IMG/VR virus record: IMGVR_UViG_3300009529_000001
Location: 32,001-96,000 of that record
Direction: 5' to 3' (one strand)
DNA length: 64,000 nt
Origin: a virus
The notes under the pieces are model-generated. The model was not told the DNA's origin, searched no databases, and was given only the letters and a program-made list of their open reading frames with translations. Both the position numbers and the translations under genes were made by a program. Positions within the stretch are counted from its first letter, which is position 1, and every line of letters begins with the position of its first letter. This document shows, in pieces, positions 19,325 through 29,079 of the stretch.

Positions 19325-19538
19325 ATTCGTCATTGTTCGTCTTGGCAATCCAGTTCAAGTTCTTGATAATAAAGTTGTAAGATGCAGACGAGTAGGTGAT
19401 AAGTCCATAGGTGAACAAGACATAGGCGGTTGGTATGCGATGCCTGAAGATTCCTTTAATAGAATGATGAAGTTAGCTACGATAGGGAAAAAATATGAAA
19501 AAGAAGAAAAGCGAGAAAAAGAAGAGGGTAATCCGTAG
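19233..19538 (+). CDS. lipoprotein, possible o-spanin-like
   Basis: Signal peptide with lipobox LVSG-C. Confidence 0.6.
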   Translation: MLLRRMLLSLLMMSLMLVSGCITIGPRIKTEFVIVRLGNPVQVLDNKVVRCRRVGDKSIGEQDIGGWYAMPEDSFNRMMKLATIGKKYEKEEKREKEEGNP

Positions 19539-19878
19539 AATTCAAAGATATGTTGATGAAGCGAATGGAACAGAAGTTAGATGTTATACCCGTGTTGGAG
19601 CAAAAAAAGATATCTTTTTTACAACTCCTGTTAAAGCTATAACAGGACAAATAGTAGAAGTGAAAATTGAGGATGCGCATACTGTAGATGGCGCATACGA
19701 TAAATTAGAAGCTAGTGTGGAAAAGTTTGGAAAAGAAATGGAAGAAAAATTTAAGAAAAAACTTCAAGAAAAACAGAAGAAAATAATTAAAGCTGGTATG
19801 TCTCCTGATGAACTTATGGATATTGTCCAAAAACAAGGCATGGATGAAGAAGATATTAAAGGTATTATAATCCCATGA
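19495..19878 (+). CDS. hypothetical protein
   Basis: Coupled ORF. Confidence 0.65.
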   Translation: MKKKKSEKKKRVIRRIQRYVDEANGTEVRCYTRVGAKKDIFFTTPVKAITGQIVEVKIEDAHTVDGAYDKLEASVEKFGKEMEEKFKKKLQEKQKKIIKAGMSPDELMDIVQKQGMDEEDIKGIIIP

Positions 19879-20414
19879 ATAGAAATATTGATTTAGACGG
19901 AAATATTGGTCATAGAATAGCTATACTTATAGATGTAGAAAATGTTTATAAGATAGCAAAAAGGTTCCGAGATTCACGACTTAATTATGAAAAATTTTTG
20001 AAATGGGTTGCTGGAGAATATAGTGTCACTATTGCTACAGCTTATGTGTTAATGGATCCTGGTAATATAGAAAATGAAAAAAAGTTTTTAAGCGCATTAA
20101 GATTATCAGGTTATGATATCAGAACAAAACCTGCTTGGTTTAAAAAATCTAATTTAGATGAAGAGAAGGTTCCTAGGAATGATTGGGTTTTAGGAATTTC
20201 TTTGGACGCTATAACATTATCTCATAAGGTAGATACTATAGCTATAGTCAGTAGTAATAGAAACTTTGTTGAAACTTGTTATTATTTGAAAAATAAAGTA
20301 AGAATAGAAATAATATCTATTAAAGACGCTATAGATCCAGTTTTGTTAAAAGCGTGTACTGAGTTTAATGAAATCAACGAAGAATGTTTTGATCCTTTTA
20401 ATAGAGAAGATTAA
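19875..20414 (+). CDS. NYN-domain (LabA/DUF88, PIN-like) protein
   Basis: ILIDVENV...AY...DWVLGISLDA...IVSSNRNF; some catalytic Asp replaced. Confidence 0.8.
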   Translation: MNRNIDLDGNIGHRIAILIDVENVYKIAKRFRDSRLNYEKFLKWVAGEYSVTIATAYVLMDPGNIENEKKFLSALRLSGYDIRTKPAWFKKSNLDEEKVPRNDWVLGISLDAITLSHKVDTIAIVSSNRNFVETCYYLKNKVRIEIISIKDAIDPVLLKACTEFNEINEECFDPFNRED

Positions 20415-20698
20415 TGATTACAGTAAAATATCAATGCCAAAACTGTGAATATATTGAAAAGCATTATCTTAAAAATAAAAATTGGGATGATGCTGCAAAA
20501 TTTATAGATTGTCCAAAGTGTGGATTTTTATCCGAAAAACTATTTCCATGTCCACGGCATGAAATAAAAGAAACCAATGAACCTTTCAGTGCAAAGCCCG
20601 GAAGTTATTGGAGGAATGCAGAAAAAAATCGTCAAAAAGTTGCAAGAAAAAAAGCTGAAGCCGAAGCAGAAAAGAAACGTTATGGCAAAAAAGATTGA
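20414..20698 (+). CDS. FmdB-like zinc-ribbon protein
   Basis: YQCQNC...CPKCG. Confidence 0.7.
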   Translation: MITVKYQCQNCEYIEKHYLKNKNWDDAAKFIDCPKCGFLSEKLFPCPRHEIKETNEPFSAKPGSYWRNAEKNRQKVARKKAEAEAEKKRYGKKD

Positions 20699-21686
20699 TG
20701 CGAAGGAATTTATTTTACAACTTTTAGAAGAAGCAAATTGTCGTGGAATTCATCCAGTAGGTAAAGAAAATTTTAATTGTCAATGTCCATTTCATAGACC
20801 TAAGAAAAATACAACAGCTTTTGGAATATCTTTTGTTAATGAAGAATTTGGTTATCCTTTCAGATGTTTTAGTTGTGGAATAACTGGAACAATAATATCT
20901 TTAATTGTTTTTTTGAAAAAATGCTCTTATAAGCAAGCTGAAAATATATTTTATAAAAGAGTTTTAATAACTCCTGCTGATACGAAAACACTTAAAAGAA
21001 AATTGAAAAATATTAAATATAGAATGGATGAATCTATAGATCATAAACTTAAACTTGAATTACCGAAAAGATCTAATAAAAATAAAAAAATGTGGAATTA
21101 TCTAAAGGAACGCAATGAAGAAAAACACCATACTTTGTTGTTTCCTGAGTATCTGGTGGGTAAGTACCTTCTCTATTACTGCAATACTGGATTCTATTCT
21201 CGTCGGATCATTATGCCTATCCGTGACATGGATGGGACTGTTATATACCTTACCAACAGAGCTATTGACGACAACGAGACAAGAAAAACTTTGCATCCAC
21301 CAGGATTTAACAATGAAGAATATGTCCATGGATTGTATGAAGCAAGAGAAAAGAAAAAGGTAATAGTAGTTGAAGGTCCATTTGATATGTTCCAATTAGT
21401 TTGCGGATCATTAAGAATAAAAAGGAAGGATATTGGTATAATATCTATTTTAGGCACAGAGATGAATGAAGAACGTGCAAGCATTATTTCTGATACATTT
21501 GAAGAAGCTTATTTATTATTTGATCAGGATGAAGCGGGTTGGATAGCTGATAAAAAAGGTAAAAATATTCTTGGTGACTATATGAAGGTAACATCTTTGC
21601 ATGGATCAATAAATCGTGGAAAAGACCCCGGTTCATGCAATATGAGGCTGTTAAGACGAGTTTTTAATCAAATAGCCGAAAACTAA
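20682..21686 (+). CDS. dnaG: DNA primase (CHC2 zinc finger + TOPRIM)
   Basis: CPFH...CFSCG; RIIMPI; VVEGPFD; FDQDEAG; KDPG. Confidence 0.9.
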   Translation: MAKKIDAKEFILQLLEEANCRGIHPVGKENFNCQCPFHRPKKNTTAFGISFVNEEFGYPFRCFSCGITGTIISLIVFLKKCSYKQAENIFYKRVLITPADTKTLKRKLKNIKYRMDESIDHKLKLELPKRSNKNKKMWNYLKERNEEKHHTLLFPEYLVGKYLLYYCNTGFYSRRIIMPIRDMDGTVIYLTNRAIDDNETRKTLHPPGFNNEEYVHGLYEAREKKKVIVVEGPFDMFQLVCGSLRIKRKDIGIISILGTEMNEERASIISDTFEEAYLLFDQDEAGWIADKKGKNILGDYMKVTSLHGSINRGKDPGSCNMRLLRRVFNQIAEN

Positions 21687-21895
21687 GCAAAACTGGAACG
21701 TTGTAGTGCCCATAGGACGATCAGAAATAAGTAAGGTATACCAAGGGTAGGGGGTTAAAATGGCCTATGAACAACGACGAATCAAGAGATATCTTCTTAG
21801 GGATTTTGATTATAACGGTGATATTATCTGTCTTCATAGGGTTGACATGTATAGTAGTATATGGATTAAAATGGTTATTTTTTTAGGATTATATT

Positions 21896-22110
21896 ATGGC
21901 AAAAGAAGATTTTGAAAAAGAAGAATTTATAAGGAAGTTGGCAAAGAAAAAAAGGATTTAATGTACATAAAGAAGTTGTGCATACTTATCATCTTCATGA
22001 AGATGTTAAGCGTAATGGAGAATTTTCTGTAATAGCTAATCAAGATAGGAAAAAAGCTCAAAAATCAGTAATAAGATTTTTAAGGACAAAAGAAGATAAG
22101 GGGGAATTAA
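21896..22110 (+). pseudogene. small gene apparently frameshifted in an A7 run (or assembly error)
   Basis: MAKEDFE...KKK stops at 21961; removing one A continues KKGFNVHKE... to TAA at about 22110. Confidence 0.4.
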
Positions 22111-22389
22111 ATGATTAGAAAAACTCTTCAGGATGATTTAAATAATATAGCTGGAGATCTTAAGACCCTTATCAAAAGACAAAAGAAGAAAAAGCCTAAG
22201 AAAAAACCCAAAAAGAAACCTAAGAAAAAACCCAAAAAGAAACCTAAGAAAAAACCAGCACAAGACGGAAGTGGTGGTGGTGAAGGTCAACCCGGAGGAG
22301 GGAGAAGAAATCGTAATCCTAAACCTTGTCCAACTGATGGACCTGGACAAGGACGTGGTGGTGGAAGAGGAGGAGGGAGAAATAGATAA
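22111..22389 (+). CDS. low-complexity basic protein, (KKKP)n plus Gly/Arg-rich tail
   Basis: 12-bp coding tandem repeats at about 22185-22257; SD GGGG. Confidence 0.7.
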   Translation: MIRKTLQDDLNNIAGDLKTLIKRQKKKKPKKKPKKKPKKKPKKKPKKKPAQDGSGGGEGQPGGGRRNRNPKPCPTDGPGQGRGGGRGGGRNR

Positions 22390-22610
22390 TGCCATTTTCT
22401 ATTAGAAAACAACGTTGTAAAAAAGCTGATGGTTCTAAAGGGAATTATGTAGTATATCGGACAGACACTGGGAAAAAAGTATCTTGTCATTCAACAAGAG
22501 CGAAAGCTGAAGCTGCCATGCGAGCAAGAATAGCAGGATCTGAAGATCTTAGTTTAGATATTCGGGAAGAAATTAAAAAAGATATGGACAATATTGAGGA
22601 GAAATTATGA
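22389..22610 (+). CDS. hypothetical phage protein
   Basis: Coupled ORF; YVVYRTDTGKKVSCHSTRAKA. Confidence 0.7.
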   Translation: MPFSIRKQRCKKADGSKGNYVVYRTDTGKKVSCHSTRAKAEAAMRARIAGSEDLSLDIREEIKKDMDNIEEKL

Positions 22611-23044
22611 AAAAAGAAAAAAAGTCTGGTAAAAAGAAGAAACGTGTTAATTTTCCTTGGTTGAAAAAAAAACAAACGAAAACTTTGAAGTATTTCCTTG
22701 CTTATTATCTTGACAAAATAGGTTTTGCTAAGGTCATAAGAGGAAAACTAAGTTTCGGAAGTTATGTGCAAAAAAAAGTTATTCCTGTTGTGCGTCGAAA
22801 ATTTCCTTCAGCTTACAGGATTGTCAAGAAACATTATAAGGAACATGGAAGGAAATTGAGTCGGAAGGAATTTAATAACTTGATTTTCCTTAGAATCTCT
22901 GCTATGTTTAAGTATCGGAAGGGAGATAAAAAAATCGAGAAAACTTCCGAACATCCTTTGAAATCTAAGAAAAAAAATATGAAGTGTTCTGGACTTGCCA
23001 AGTTATTAATAGAAATGGATAAAACTTATGAAGAAGTTAAGTAA
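22607..23044 (+). CDS. hypothetical basic protein
   Basis: Coupled ORF. Confidence 0.6.
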   Translation: MKKEKKSGKKKKRVNFPWLKKKQTKTLKYFLAYYLDKIGFAKVIRGKLSFGSYVQKKVIPVVRRKFPSAYRIVKKHYKEHGRKLSRKEFNNLIFLRISAMFKYRKGDKKIEKTSEHPLKSKKKNMKCSGLAKLLIEMDKTYEEVK

Positions 23045-23555
23045 GATATTGATAGACCTTGACGGTGTGCTTGCTGAAAACGGAGCGTTTCCTGAAGTTG
23101 GTGAACCGACTAAAGGAATGCGTGATTTTGTTGAAAAATGTATAACGAAAGGAATTAAAGTAATATTATGGTCAGCGCGGTTTAATGGTGGTGAAGAAGG
23201 ACATAATCAATTTGGAACAACTTGTAGAGATCAACTTTTAAAAGTTAATGATTGGATTTTTAATGAATTTAAGTCTGCGGTTAATGATTTTTGTGTTCAC
23301 GAAAAAGCTTGGAGTGAAGCAGATCATCATGCTGATGTATTAATTGATGATAGATGTATAGAATTTTTAAATGCTGATTATTTAGAAAAAAGATTGTTTG
23401 AAAGCAGAGATGAAATATTAGCTAAAGCTATGTATGAAGAAACAAAAGATGAAGATTTTAATATCGTGTGTGACGTTGAAGTAGCAGATGGTGAAGGCTT
23501 TGATAAAGAATACATTTTAATGCGTGTTTTGGAAATGAGAGCAAAGGATAAATAA
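23028..23555 (+). CDS. HAD-superfamily phosphatase
   Basis: IDLDGVL, WSAR, ADVLIDDR. Confidence 0.8.
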   Translation: MKKLSKILIDLDGVLAENGAFPEVGEPTKGMRDFVEKCITKGIKVILWSARFNGGEEGHNQFGTTCRDQLLKVNDWIFNEFKSAVNDFCVHEKAWSEADHHADVLIDDRCIEFLNADYLEKRLFESRDEILAKAMYEETKDEDFNIVCDVEVADGEGFDKEYILMRVLEMRAKDK

Positions 23556-23896
23556 TGTCAATATATTTTACAGATTTTAAAGTTCAAATTAAGAAAGAAA
23601 ATCTTCCCGATGGATGGGATGTACAAAAAAAATATAAAGTTCTTGCAATTGAAGAAGAAGAGACCACTGTTACCATAGATAAAAATGCGAGTATTAGAAA
23701 AAGAATAAAAAATCTTAAACCTTCTGAAATTGATGAAGACGATGAAGATGCCATTGAAGAAAGGTTTGAAGTACCTATGAATGAAAGCAATGAAAGAAAA
23801 GAAGTACAAACAATTCTTTATTTTTTACTTGGTAATCTAAAAACTGGAGAGTTAAGATTTTTTGCGGATGAAGAAGTAAAGTATGCTGAAGACTAA
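23555..23896 (+). CDS. hypothetical protein
   Basis: Coupled ORF. Confidence 0.65.
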   Translation: MSIYFTDFKVQIKKENLPDGWDVQKKYKVLAIEEEETTVTIDKNASIRKRIKNLKPSEIDEDDEDAIEERFEVPMNESNERKEVQTILYFLLGNLKTGELRFFADEEVKYAED

Positions 23897-23944
23897 AGAA
23901 TGATATTAACATATAGACTTTAAGACTTATAAGAGGAGAAGTAA

Positions 23945-24322
23945 ATGCCGTTGGCAGAAATGATAAATGTAACTGATATTCCACTTGACCCTTATGGATT
24001 AAAATATGTTGTAATCGCAGTAGTTGTCATTTTGACTTTAGTATTTGGATTTGTTCTAAAACTTCGGAATGGGAAAAATAAATCAAATTCTACTTCAAAT
24101 CCAACAGACAAAGAAACTTGTGCCAGTGCCCGGACAAGATTAGAACTTGCAGAAAAAACACAGCAAGATCAATGGAAAACTATTAATGATACTAAAGACA
24201 CTGTTATAAGGACTGAAGAAAAAGTAAAGAATATAGAAGGAAAAATAAACGTTGTAGAACAAAAAGTAAGTGGAATGGAACAGGACGTAACTCGTATAGC
24301 ACAAAAAATTCTTGAGGAGTAG
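23945..24322 (+). CDS. single-TM coiled-coil membrane protein
   Basis: TM VVIAVVVILTLVFGFV followed by coiled coil; SD GAGGAG. Confidence 0.7.
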   Translation: MPLAEMINVTDIPLDPYGLKYVVIAVVVILTLVFGFVLKLRNGKNKSNSTSNPTDKETCASARTRLELAEKTQQDQWKTINDTKDTVIRTEEKVKNIEGKINVVEQKVSGMEQDVTRIAQKILEE

Positions 24323-24325
24323 AAA

Positions 24326-24658
24326 ATGGCTTCTTATACTTTACGTGAAAACAAATGTAGATTAATGTCAATTGCCACTACAACAATTGACGAATTATTA
24401 TTTAGAAAAAACGGTCTTTTAAGAAATTTAGATAGTACAAATTCTCTTGTTCTTGTAGATGAATCTGTTGGAAATGCTGCCGATGATGCAGATGTAATAA
24501 CTGCTTTAAATGATGCTACAACTCCATTAGAGAGTAAAATTGTTATTCCAGCCGGAAATGATTTACCTGTGAGACATTTTAGAAGAATGTTTGTAAAAGC
24601 TATTGGCGGTGATATTCTTCTTCAGTGGATTCCGTTAAGGCCAGTTTCTGGTGCTTAA
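24326..24658 (+). CDS. hypothetical protein
   Basis: ORF with SD GAGGAG. Confidence 0.7.
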   Translation: MASYTLRENKCRLMSIATTTIDELLFRKNGLLRNLDSTNSLVLVDESVGNAADDADVITALNDATTPLESKIVIPAGNDLPVRHFRRMFVKAIGGDILLQWIPLRPVSGA

Positions 24659-24664
24659 AAACAG

Positions 24665-24754
24665 AATATTAGCTCTCTTTTCCTCTCTTTGTTTGCCAAA
24701 TTTCATTCAAATCTTCTTTAATCTATCTTCAAATCCTCAAAGAGAGCTAATATT
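24665..24754. repeat. perfect 16-bp inverted repeat with a long pyrimidine-rich spacer, between convergent genes
   Basis: AATATTAGCTCTCTTT (24665-80) / AAAGAGAGCTAATATT (24739-54). Confidence 0.8.
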
Positions 24755-24756
24755 GT

Positions 24757-24969
24757 CTAATCTTTAAATCCCCAAAATTTATTAGGGAGAGGTGGTAAGT
24801 TCATTGGTGAATCGTTATCGTCAGAATTCCACCATACAATGATTGTTAATATCATTGTAAAAATTATACTGAAAACAATACATCCTAATATTAGTAAAAT
24901 CAAAGGCCAAAGCCAAGACAATATCCACATTATTATACAGAAAAAAAGTTTTCCAAGTGCATCTAACAT
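24757..24969 (-). CDS. small membrane protein
   Basis: Hydrophobic 70 aa; SD GGAG on minus strand. Confidence 0.6.
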   Translation of the reverse strand: MLDALGKLFFCIIMWILSWLWPLILLILGCIVFSIIFTMILTIIVWWNSDDNDSPMNLPPLPNKFWGFKD

Positions 24970-25105
24970 TATAATCTCCAGATAACTGCCCTAACCTTTG
25001 TGCATATAATAACTACTGGAATTTCTCATTACAACTCTTTTTTGTAAATCCTCTGATTAGGTTTTACGAAATCAAACAATTTTATTCTTTAATATTAAAA
25101 ACTAC

Positions 25106-25136
25106 TTGTAAAATGATTTTCAAAGTGTTATACCAT
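25106..25136 (+). promoter_or_regulatory. promoter (TTGTAA-N17-TATACC) preceded by ATTAAAAA
   Basis: Repeated promoter family. Confidence 0.65.
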
Positions 25137-25175
25137 TAATAAGGCAACACAAACACTTTTGAAAGGAAAAATGTT

Positions 25176-25532
25176 ATGGCAAAGCGAAAGAGAAAAGTCA
25201 ACAAGTTGAGTAAATGGCAGTTTGGAAGATTGAAGGGTTGGTTGAACAAGTTGGATTTTGATAGACGAACTGATATTGATACGGCAAAGGGAGCAAAAAA
25301 GGCTTTAGGCTTTAAAGTAACAAAAAATAATGTTAAAGGGGCGAGAGAAAAGATTGGTGTTTTCCGAAACAAAGGTGGTAGAATTATTGAAGACAAAAGA
25401 GATTCTGATTCTAAAGCTGCTGCTGTGCCAAAATCTCCTGTAAAAGGTATTGCGTCTCGCCTTCGGAACCTTGAAGAAAAGATTAACATTCTCGATGGGA
25501 AAATAGATAAACTTTTTGCAGTTTGGAGTTAA
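25176..25532 (+). CDS. hypothetical basic protein, HTH-like
   Basis: First gene after promoter; SD AAGGA. Confidence 0.7.
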   Translation: MAKRKRKVNKLSKWQFGRLKGWLNKLDFDRRTDIDTAKGAKKALGFKVTKNNVKGAREKIGVFRNKGGRIIEDKRDSDSKAAAVPKSPVKGIASRLRNLEEKINILDGKIDKLFAVWS

Positions 25533-25534
25533 AA

Positions 25535-25870
25535 ATGGCAAGACCAAAGTCAATAATCCCATACGTTTGTATTAGCATAAAAATTCATAGCTATTTTAAT
25601 TCAACTGCTATTACAAAATGTAAGATTGGAAAGAATACTTCTGTAATCATTAAGATTAATAAGAAGAAGACTAGGCTTTATTTTAAGTTCAACAAAAAAG
25701 GAAAAGGAATAAATGTTGGTGCTCCCACAAAAGTTAATCAAGCTATATTTGGCTTAAGAAGAGTTTTCGAGAAATTTGGTTGTAAAATTGAAGGGAAGTT
25801 TCGATTGAAGCGAGATAAAAAGAAGAAAATATGGTTTGCAAAGTTGAACAAACCTATGGGAGAAAAATAA
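25535..25870 (+). CDS. hypothetical basic protein
   Basis: ORF with SD GGAG. Confidence 0.6.
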   Translation: MARPKSIIPYVCISIKIHSYFNSTAITKCKIGKNTSVIIKINKKKTRLYFKFNKKGKGINVGAPTKVNQAIFGLRRVFEKFGCKIEGKFRLKRDKKKKIWFAKLNKPMGEK

Positions 25871-26061
25871 TGGATAACTACTGTATTTATCACTTTACAA
25901 ATTCTAGCGGAAGTAAAGAGTTTGTTGTAATTTCGGCAGAAAGAATAGATCTTATTGAAAAAGAATATGAAGAAAATGACATTTTATTAGATTCGCATTG
26001 TGAAATTGATGGAGATGCTATAACTTTTCCTTGTGATCGACCTTTAAGAACAGGATTTTAA
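25870..26061 (+). CDS. hypothetical protein
   Basis: TAATG overlap. Confidence 0.55.
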   Translation: MDNYCIYHFTNSSGSKEFVVISAERIDLIEKEYEENDILLDSHCEIDGDAITFPCDRPLRTGF

Positions 26062-26079
26062 CATGTCAAGGATTAAGTA

Positions 26080-26802
26080 ATGGATAGAAATCGCGCTATT
26101 GATTTAATTGGAAAAATCCAACGTCTGTTGGAACCCGGTAGTGGTGCTACTGAAGGAGAAATGCAAGCTGCTGCTAGTGCAGTTCAACGATTGTTAAAAA
26201 ATCACAATTTGTCTATGATCGATGTAGAAGATTCCAAAACGAAAGAAAAAGCTGGTAAAAAAGGTCATGATATTGGACAACGTGAAGGGATGGTCAGAAA
26301 AAGAAGCAGTTTGCCAAAGTTTGAAAAGATTTTGATTAATATAGTTGCAAAAGCTTGTGAATGTCAATGTTATTTGCAGCAAGAATGGTCTGGTAAAGGA
26401 CATGGAAAAGTTTGGCGAATATTCTTTATTGGAGATCAATTTGATATAATTGTTGCAGGAGAATTATATACTTACTTGAACAAAGCCATCAATAAAATGG
26501 CCAGTAAAAGTTATCCTAAACAATACTCAAAACAAAATTCATTCTGGTATGGATGTATTGACAGATTAGGAAAGCGTTTTGAAAAAGAAGCTGAAAAATT
26601 TGAAGAAGAACATGGCGAATACGCTATGGTTCTTTTTGATAAAAAAGGCGTTATTGAAAAATGGGTTGATGATAATTTGAAATTAGTTAGTGGCAAAAGT
26701 AAAAAAGGCGGAACAAACGATTTTGATCCTCTTGCCTATGCACATGGACATCATTACGGAAGTAAGCTTGATATATCAAGCGGAAAACATTTGGAGAATT
26801 AG
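26080..26802 (+). CDS. DUF2786-domain protein
   Basis: KIQRLL...ATEGEMQAAASAVQRLLKNHNL. Confidence 0.8.
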   Translation: MDRNRAIDLIGKIQRLLEPGSGATEGEMQAAASAVQRLLKNHNLSMIDVEDSKTKEKAGKKGHDIGQREGMVRKRSSLPKFEKILINIVAKACECQCYLQQEWSGKGHGKVWRIFFIGDQFDIIVAGELYTYLNKAINKMASKSYPKQYSKQNSFWYGCIDRLGKRFEKEAEKFEEEHGEYAMVLFDKKGVIEKWVDDNLKLVSGKSKKGGTNDFDPLAYAHGHHYGSKLDISSGKHLEN

Positions 26803-26804
26803 TC

Positions 26805-27023
26805 ATGGCGAGTACAATAGATGAAGATTTAAAAGAACAGGTGGAATTTTTTGCTAAAGCTTCGAGGATTCCTTTGATTCTAAACCATGCCTATGGAAAA
26901 GTCAGAATATATTGTAAAAAAGAAAAAGGAATGATGGAAGTTTCACCGCGTCTTTCCAAAGGAAACTTGCGTATGTGGCTTGATGGATTTGAAAAAGCTT
27001 TGGAACTAACATCAAACGATTAA
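26805..27023 (+). CDS. hypothetical protein
   Basis: ORF with SD. Confidence 0.65.
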   Translation: MASTIDEDLKEQVEFFAKASRIPLILNHAYGKVRIYCKKEKGMMEVSPRLSKGNLRMWLDGFEKALELTSND

Positions 27024-27045
27024 TTCAAACAATATTAAAAACCAT

Positions 27046-27074
27046 TTGCAAATTGATTTTCCTGCGTTTACTAT
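27046..27074 (+). promoter_or_regulatory. promoter TTGCAA-N17-TACTAT
   Basis: Upstream AATTCAAACAATATTAAAAACC identical to that before 33879. Confidence 0.75.
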
Positions 27075-27103
27075 AATATAAGGTAAAGCGAAAGGAGACT
27101 ACT

Positions 27104-27400
27104 ATGGATATTAACACACGTGTCAGTATTAGTTTGTCACCCGGTATTCTAAAAGAAGAAATAGCAAGGGAAGTAGGTAGAGGGATTCAGGTTGTTGCTA
27201 AGGATATCCTTAGCAATATGGATACTGCTGAAATTATCCATGAAGTTATTTCGGAAGAGGAAGGGCTTAACCAATTCATCGAAAATGAGATAAGGGGACA
27301 GGTAGGTCCAATTGTAAAACGTATCCTAAACAAGGTTATCGAATCCGAGATAGGTGCTCACATTCATGCTAAGGCTAGGGAGGTTGACAATGCGAGATGA
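27104..27400 (+). CDS. hypothetical protein
   Basis: SD AAGGAG after promoter. Confidence 0.7.
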   Translation: MDINTRVSISLSPGILKEEIAREVGRGIQVVAKDILSNMDTAEIIHEVISEEEGLNQFIENEIRGQVGPIVKRILNKVIESEIGAHIHAKAREVDNAR

Positions 27401-27716
27401 AATGTATATTGGTTCTTCGCCTATTGACGAAAAATGTGCGCAGTTAGGAACAGATGGGTATTGGGAAAAAGCACAAAAGGAATGCAGAGCTTTTATCAAT
27501 CAATTAAGACGAGTGTTTGGTAAAGAACCCGGAAGTGCTCGGTTGATAATTAAACGGAATCCTCACGATTTTGGTACGTATTTATCTGTCAATTGTTATT
27601 ATAACGATGGAGACGAGGAAGCATTGGATTATGCTTTAAGATGTGAAGGCGAAACACCTGAAAACTGGGATGACGAAGCAAGGGAAGAACTCGGTTTGGA
27701 AAAGGAGAAAGTATAA
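27390..27716 (+). CDS. conserved hypothetical phage protein
   Basis: IGSSP..E.CAQLG...HDFGTY pattern; SD GGGAGG. Confidence 0.7.
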   Translation: MRDEMYIGSSPIDEKCAQLGTDGYWEKAQKECRAFINQLRRVFGKEPGSARLIIKRNPHDFGTYLSVNCYYNDGDEEALDYALRCEGETPENWDDEAREELGLEKEKV

Positions 27717-27831
27717 TGGTAGATTTATCTCAAAGTATTGCTATTTGTTTGATAGGAATTGCACATATTCTTCATTGTTTGTCCCATCTTCGAAAACAAT
27801 AGGAAACTTAAGACTAACGGAGGGCTTAACA

Positions 27832-28155
27832 ATGCGTATGAATCAACACATGGGCTTTACCGCTGAAGCCGATGTGTTTCTTGAAGAATACGCTAAGAAA
27901 GTTGGAACGCATCCATGTCCGCATTGTGGTGAAATGACTGATAAAACATTTGAAAAATTGTCGTATAGTTCATACACGGGAATGTTTCAACAGGAATATC
28001 CTCTTCACATATATCTTTTAAAAGACGGATCAACTGTAAAAGAAATTGTGCAGGCTGAACCTTGGTCTTCGGGACCATGTTTCTTTATGTGTCTTGAAAG
28101 GGATAATGGTAAAAGAATTGGTAAATGGTCACAAGAAGAAATTAACAATGCTTAG
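27832..28155 (+). CDS. hypothetical protein with CPHC motif
   Basis: SD GGAGGG. Confidence 0.65.
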   Translation: MRMNQHMGFTAEADVFLEEYAKKVGTHPCPHCGEMTDKTFEKLSYSSYTGMFQQEYPLHIYLLKDGSTVKEIVQAEPWSSGPCFFMCLERDNGKRIGKWSQEEINNA

Positions 28156-28164
28156 AACATAATC

Positions 28165-28515
28165 ATGAACTGTATACCTCCAGCACAAGCAAATTTTCCA
28201 AACAACATAAGTATCATTGTTTTGAATGGACATTGGTTTCGTGTCACAAAATTTTTCACACTTGAAGTTGCGCGAAAGATTTATGAAAAACTATTTGAAA
28301 ATCAGCCAATCACAATTAAATCTCGAACAAACGTTAAAGTCTACAAAGTCAAAAGCAGTAAGGGGGACAAATATTATAAGATTGTCAATAACGGTAATAA
28401 TAATTGGACCTGTAACTGTTTAGGCTTTACGTATAGACGAAGATGCCGTCACATTGAAGAATGTAAACAACAGGAAAAAGGATACAAGGAGTTTAAGAGA
28501 AAATGCAAGGAATAA
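28165..28515 (+). CDS. SWIM zinc-finger protein
   Basis: WTCNCLGFTYRRRCRHI. Confidence 0.8.
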   Translation: MNCIPPAQANFPNNISIIVLNGHWFRVTKFFTLEVARKIYEKLFENQPITIKSRTNVKVYKVKSSKGDKYYKIVNNGNNNWTCNCLGFTYRRRCRHIEECKQQEKGYKEFKRKCKE

Positions 28516-28901
28516 AAATACTTTGTTCTGATTGTAGGAAACGTCCTCCTTCAAAAGGAATGAAAACTTGTGCAAAATGCAGGAAACGAAAACGTGATTA
28601 TCACATCAGACAAAGAGACAAAAAAATATGTCCTTGTGGAAAACCTATCACGAAATATACATGGCATTGTAATGATTGTATGTTGAAGATTAAAGAAAAT
28701 ATGCGTAAACTTCATCAAGAAAGACGCGATAATGGATTTTGTCCTCGATGTGGTAAAGAACTTAACTTGGAAGAAGAAATAACTATTCTTCATTTATCTG
28801 TATTTACTTGTTTAAAATGTAGAACGAAAAACAAAAAGGCCCGTTTAAAAAGACTGGAGACAAGCAATGTCCAAAAGAACTTGCAGGAGAACACAAATTG
28901 A
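28503..28901 (+). CDS. Cys-rich multi-zinc-finger protein
   Basis: Repeated CxxC pairs. Confidence 0.65.
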   Translation: MQGIKILCSDCRKRPPSKGMKTCAKCRKRKRDYHIRQRDKKICPCGKPITKYTWHCNDCMLKIKENMRKLHQERRDNGFCPRCGKELNLEEEITILHLSVFTCLKCRTKNKKARLKRLETSNVQKNLQENTN

Positions 28902-29055
28902 AAACATAATCTGTGAACCATTTATGGATTCACGAGATTCTTTTGGACATTGGGCTTATTGGTGTGGTTCTAAACAGGATGGATGGAGAGCTACTCCTTG
29001 CGAACACATTAAAGAAGGAAATTATAGTAAAACCAAAAGGAGAAAATTAAAATAG
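28867..29055 (+). CDS. hypothetical protein
   Basis: ORF with SD GGAG. Confidence 0.55.
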   Translation: MSKRTCRRTQIENIICEPFMDSRDSFGHWAYWCGSKQDGWRATPCEHIKEGNYSKTKRRKLK

Positions 29056-29079
29056 GATTCAATAAACATTAAAAAGGAG

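Noticed and set aside
21842-21872. TTGACA promoter
   Set aside because: No convincing -10 at 16-18 bp spacing.
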